In this document: positions 62,367 through 64,000 of the stretch, piece by piece
How positions within the stretch are numbered: the first letter of the stretch is position 1
Layout: every line of letters begins with the position of its first letter
NCBI GenBank assembly: GCA_944371905.1
Contig: CALVYA010000006.1
Location: 5,358-69,357 of the forward strand
Length of the DNA stretch: 64,000 bases
DNA from: an uncultured Bacilli bacterium
GTDB lineage: Bacteria; Bacillota_I; Bacilli_A; RF39; UBA660
Reading direction: 5' to 3'
Program-made: the position numbers and the translations under genes
Notes under the pieces: generated by a model
What the model saw: the letters and a program-made list of their open reading frames with translations, nothing else
What the model was told of the DNA's origin: nothing
Databases searched by the model: none

Positions 62367-63467
62367 ATGAGTTTAAAAGCAGGAATTGTTGGTCTACCTA
62401 ATGTAGGTAAATCAACTCTTTTTAACGCAATTACTAAAAAAAATATTTTAGCAGCTAATTATCCTTTTGCCACTATAGACCCTAATGTTGGAATAGTAAC
62501 AGTACCAGATGAAAGATTAGCTAAATTAGAAGAGATGTATATACCTGAAAGATTAGTTGCTACTAGTTATGAATTTACAGATATTGCAGGTCTTGTAAAA
62601 GGTGCTTCCCTAGGAGAAGGGTTAGGAAATAAATTTTTATCTCATATTAGAGAAGTAGATGCAATAGTGGAAGTAGTTAGATGTTTTGATGATAACAATA
62701 TTATTCATGTTGAAAATTCGGTAGATCCAATACGTGATATTGAAATAATTAATTTAGAACTTTCTTTATCTGATTTAGAAATTTTAAATAATAGGATCGA
62801 TAAAATAAAAAAGAAAGCAGAGACAAACAGGGATAAAGAAGCTTTAGAAGAATTGAATATTTTGAGAAAAGCGAAAGAAAATTTAGAAAAAAATATTCCT
62901 CTTAGATTAGTAATATTTACAGATGAAGAAAGAACAATATTGAATAATTTTTCTTTTTTAACTATTAAACCAATGATATATCTTGCTAATGTGAATGAAG
63001 ATGATGTTGCCACTAATGACAATAAATATGTTAAACAAGTGAAAGAATATGCAAGTCATGAAAATTCAAAAGTAATTAAAATGTGCGCTAAGTTAGAATC
63101 AGAACTCAGTGAATTAAATGATAGCGATAAACAAGAAATGCTAAATGCTATTGGAATTGAAGAAAGTGGCCTTGATTTATTAATAAAAGAAACCTATGAT
63201 TTGTTAGGGTTAAAGACTTTTTTTACTGTTGGTAGTGACGAAGTAAGAGCTTGGACTTTTAAAAATGGGATGACTGCTAAAAGCTGTGCAGGTATTATTC
63301 ATAGTGATTTCGAGCGAGGTTTTATTAAAGCGGAAGTTATGAGTTATGAAGATTTAATTAAATATGGTAGTGAACAGAAAGTAAAAGAAAATGGGCGAGC
63401 TAGGTTAGAAGGAAAAGATTATATAATGCAAGATGGTGATATTTGTTATTTTAGATTTAATGTATAA
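62367..63467 (+). CDS. ychF: Ribosome-binding ATPase YchF
   Basis: GLPNVGKST, ANYPFATI, DIAGLV, GIIHSDF, FRFNV; start refined by RBS. Confidence 0.97.
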   Translation: MSLKAGIVGLPNVGKSTLFNAITKKNILAANYPFATIDPNVGIVTVPDERLAKLEEMYIPERLVATSYEFTDIAGLVKGASLGEGLGNKFLSHIREVDAIVEVVRCFDDNNIIHVENSVDPIRDIEIINLELSLSDLEILNNRIDKIKKKAETNRDKEALEELNILRKAKENLEKNIPLRLVIFTDEERTILNNFSFLTIKPMIYLANVNEDDVATNDNKYVKQVKEYASHENSKVIKMCAKLESELSELNDSDKQEMLNAIGIEESGLDLLIKETYDLLGLKTFFTVGSDEVRAWTFKNGMTAKSCAGIIHSDFERGFIKAEVMSYEDLIKYGSEQKVKENGRARLEGKDYIMQDGDICYFRFNV

Positions 63468-63532
63468 TATAATTGAAAATAAAGTATAGACAAAAGTTTG
63501 TACTTTTGTTATACTACTTGCGAGTATGAATT

Positions 63533-63578
63533 ACTCCTTGCTTCATTTGTATGAAGCCATAAGTCCAAAAGGAGGTGT
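63533..63578 (+). promoter_or_regulatory. rpsF leader (S6:S18 autoregulatory RNA)
   Basis: CTCCTT/AAGGAG stem sequestering the RBS, inner GCTTCAT/ATGAAGC hairpin followed by CCA. Confidence 0.7.
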
Positions 63579-63583
63579 GAAAA

Positions 63584-63874
63584 GTGAAAAGATATGAAAT
63601 TATGTTCATTGTTAGACCAGATCTTGAAGAAACTAATATTAAAAGTGTTGTTGATTCAATGAAGACTTTAGTAGAATCAAAAGGTTCTAAAATATTAGAA
63701 GTAAAAGAAATGGGTCAAAGAGAACTTGCTTACGAGATTAATAAATATAAAAATGGTTATTATTTCTTATTTGTAATTGAATCAGAAAATAATGATGCCA
63801 CAGTAGAATTTGATCGTGTAGCATTAATTAATGAAGATATTATTCGTCACTTAATAGTAAAAGTAGAAGAATAA
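63584..63874 (+). CDS. rpsF: 30S ribosomal protein S6
   Basis: YEIMFIVRP, GQRELAYEI, IIRHLIV. Confidence 0.96.
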   Translation: MKRYEIMFIVRPDLEETNIKSVVDSMKTLVESKGSKILEVKEMGQRELAYEINKYKNGYYFLFVIESENNDATVEFDRVALINEDIIRHLIVKVEE

Positions 63875-63891
63875 TAAAGTAGGAGATTGTT

Positions 63892-64000
63892 ATGAATAAA
63901 GTATTTTTAATAGGTAGATTAACAAGAGATCCTGAGTTAAGATATACTAGTTCTAATTTACCAGTAGCTACGTTTAGTTTAGCAGTAAATAGGAATTTTA
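63892..64000 (+). CDS. ssb: Single-stranded DNA-binding protein (5' part; runs off the window)
   Basis: [29 protein letters not shown]. Confidence 0.93.
   Translation, partial: MNKVFLIGRLTRDPELRYTSSNLPVATFSLAVNRNF

Overview
This is the replication-origin region of a very AT-rich, apparently genome-reduced, endospore-forming Firmicute (Bacilli-like, standard genetic code). Gene orientation flips at about 51.4 kb between dnaA and rpmH, and oriC is bipartite with DnaA boxes on both sides of dnaA. The left arm carries dnaA-dnaN-comK-recF-gyrB-gyrA, SRP RNA, tadA, dnaX-ybaB-recR-bofA-holB, pth-mfd-spoVT, a Met T-box with dut-metG, yabG-veg-spoVG-yabPQ, DHH-rplI-dnaB-M23-walJ-rlmH, pbpG, argS, prfA-prmC-spoIIR and spoIIQ-spoIIID-mbl. 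The right arm carries rpmH-rnpA-yidC-jag-mnmEG-rsmG-noc-soj-spo0J-yyzM-abgT-ychF-rpsF-ssb. I saw no mobile elements, CRISPR arrays, rRNA or tRNA genes. Four observations stand out. (1) A 0.9-kb non-coding island interleaves three parS sites with three extended Noc-binding palindromes, a fourth lies inside dnaX, and the Noc lacks its N-terminal membrane helix. (2) A comK-family gene occupies the yaaA position behind three phased Spo0A boxes. (3) Recurrent hairpins pair a sporulation promoter's -10 element with the same gene's RBS or start codon (yabG, bofA, spoIIID). (4) dUTPase sits under a Met T-box. All functional calls come from motif and synteny recognition by eye; no searches were run.
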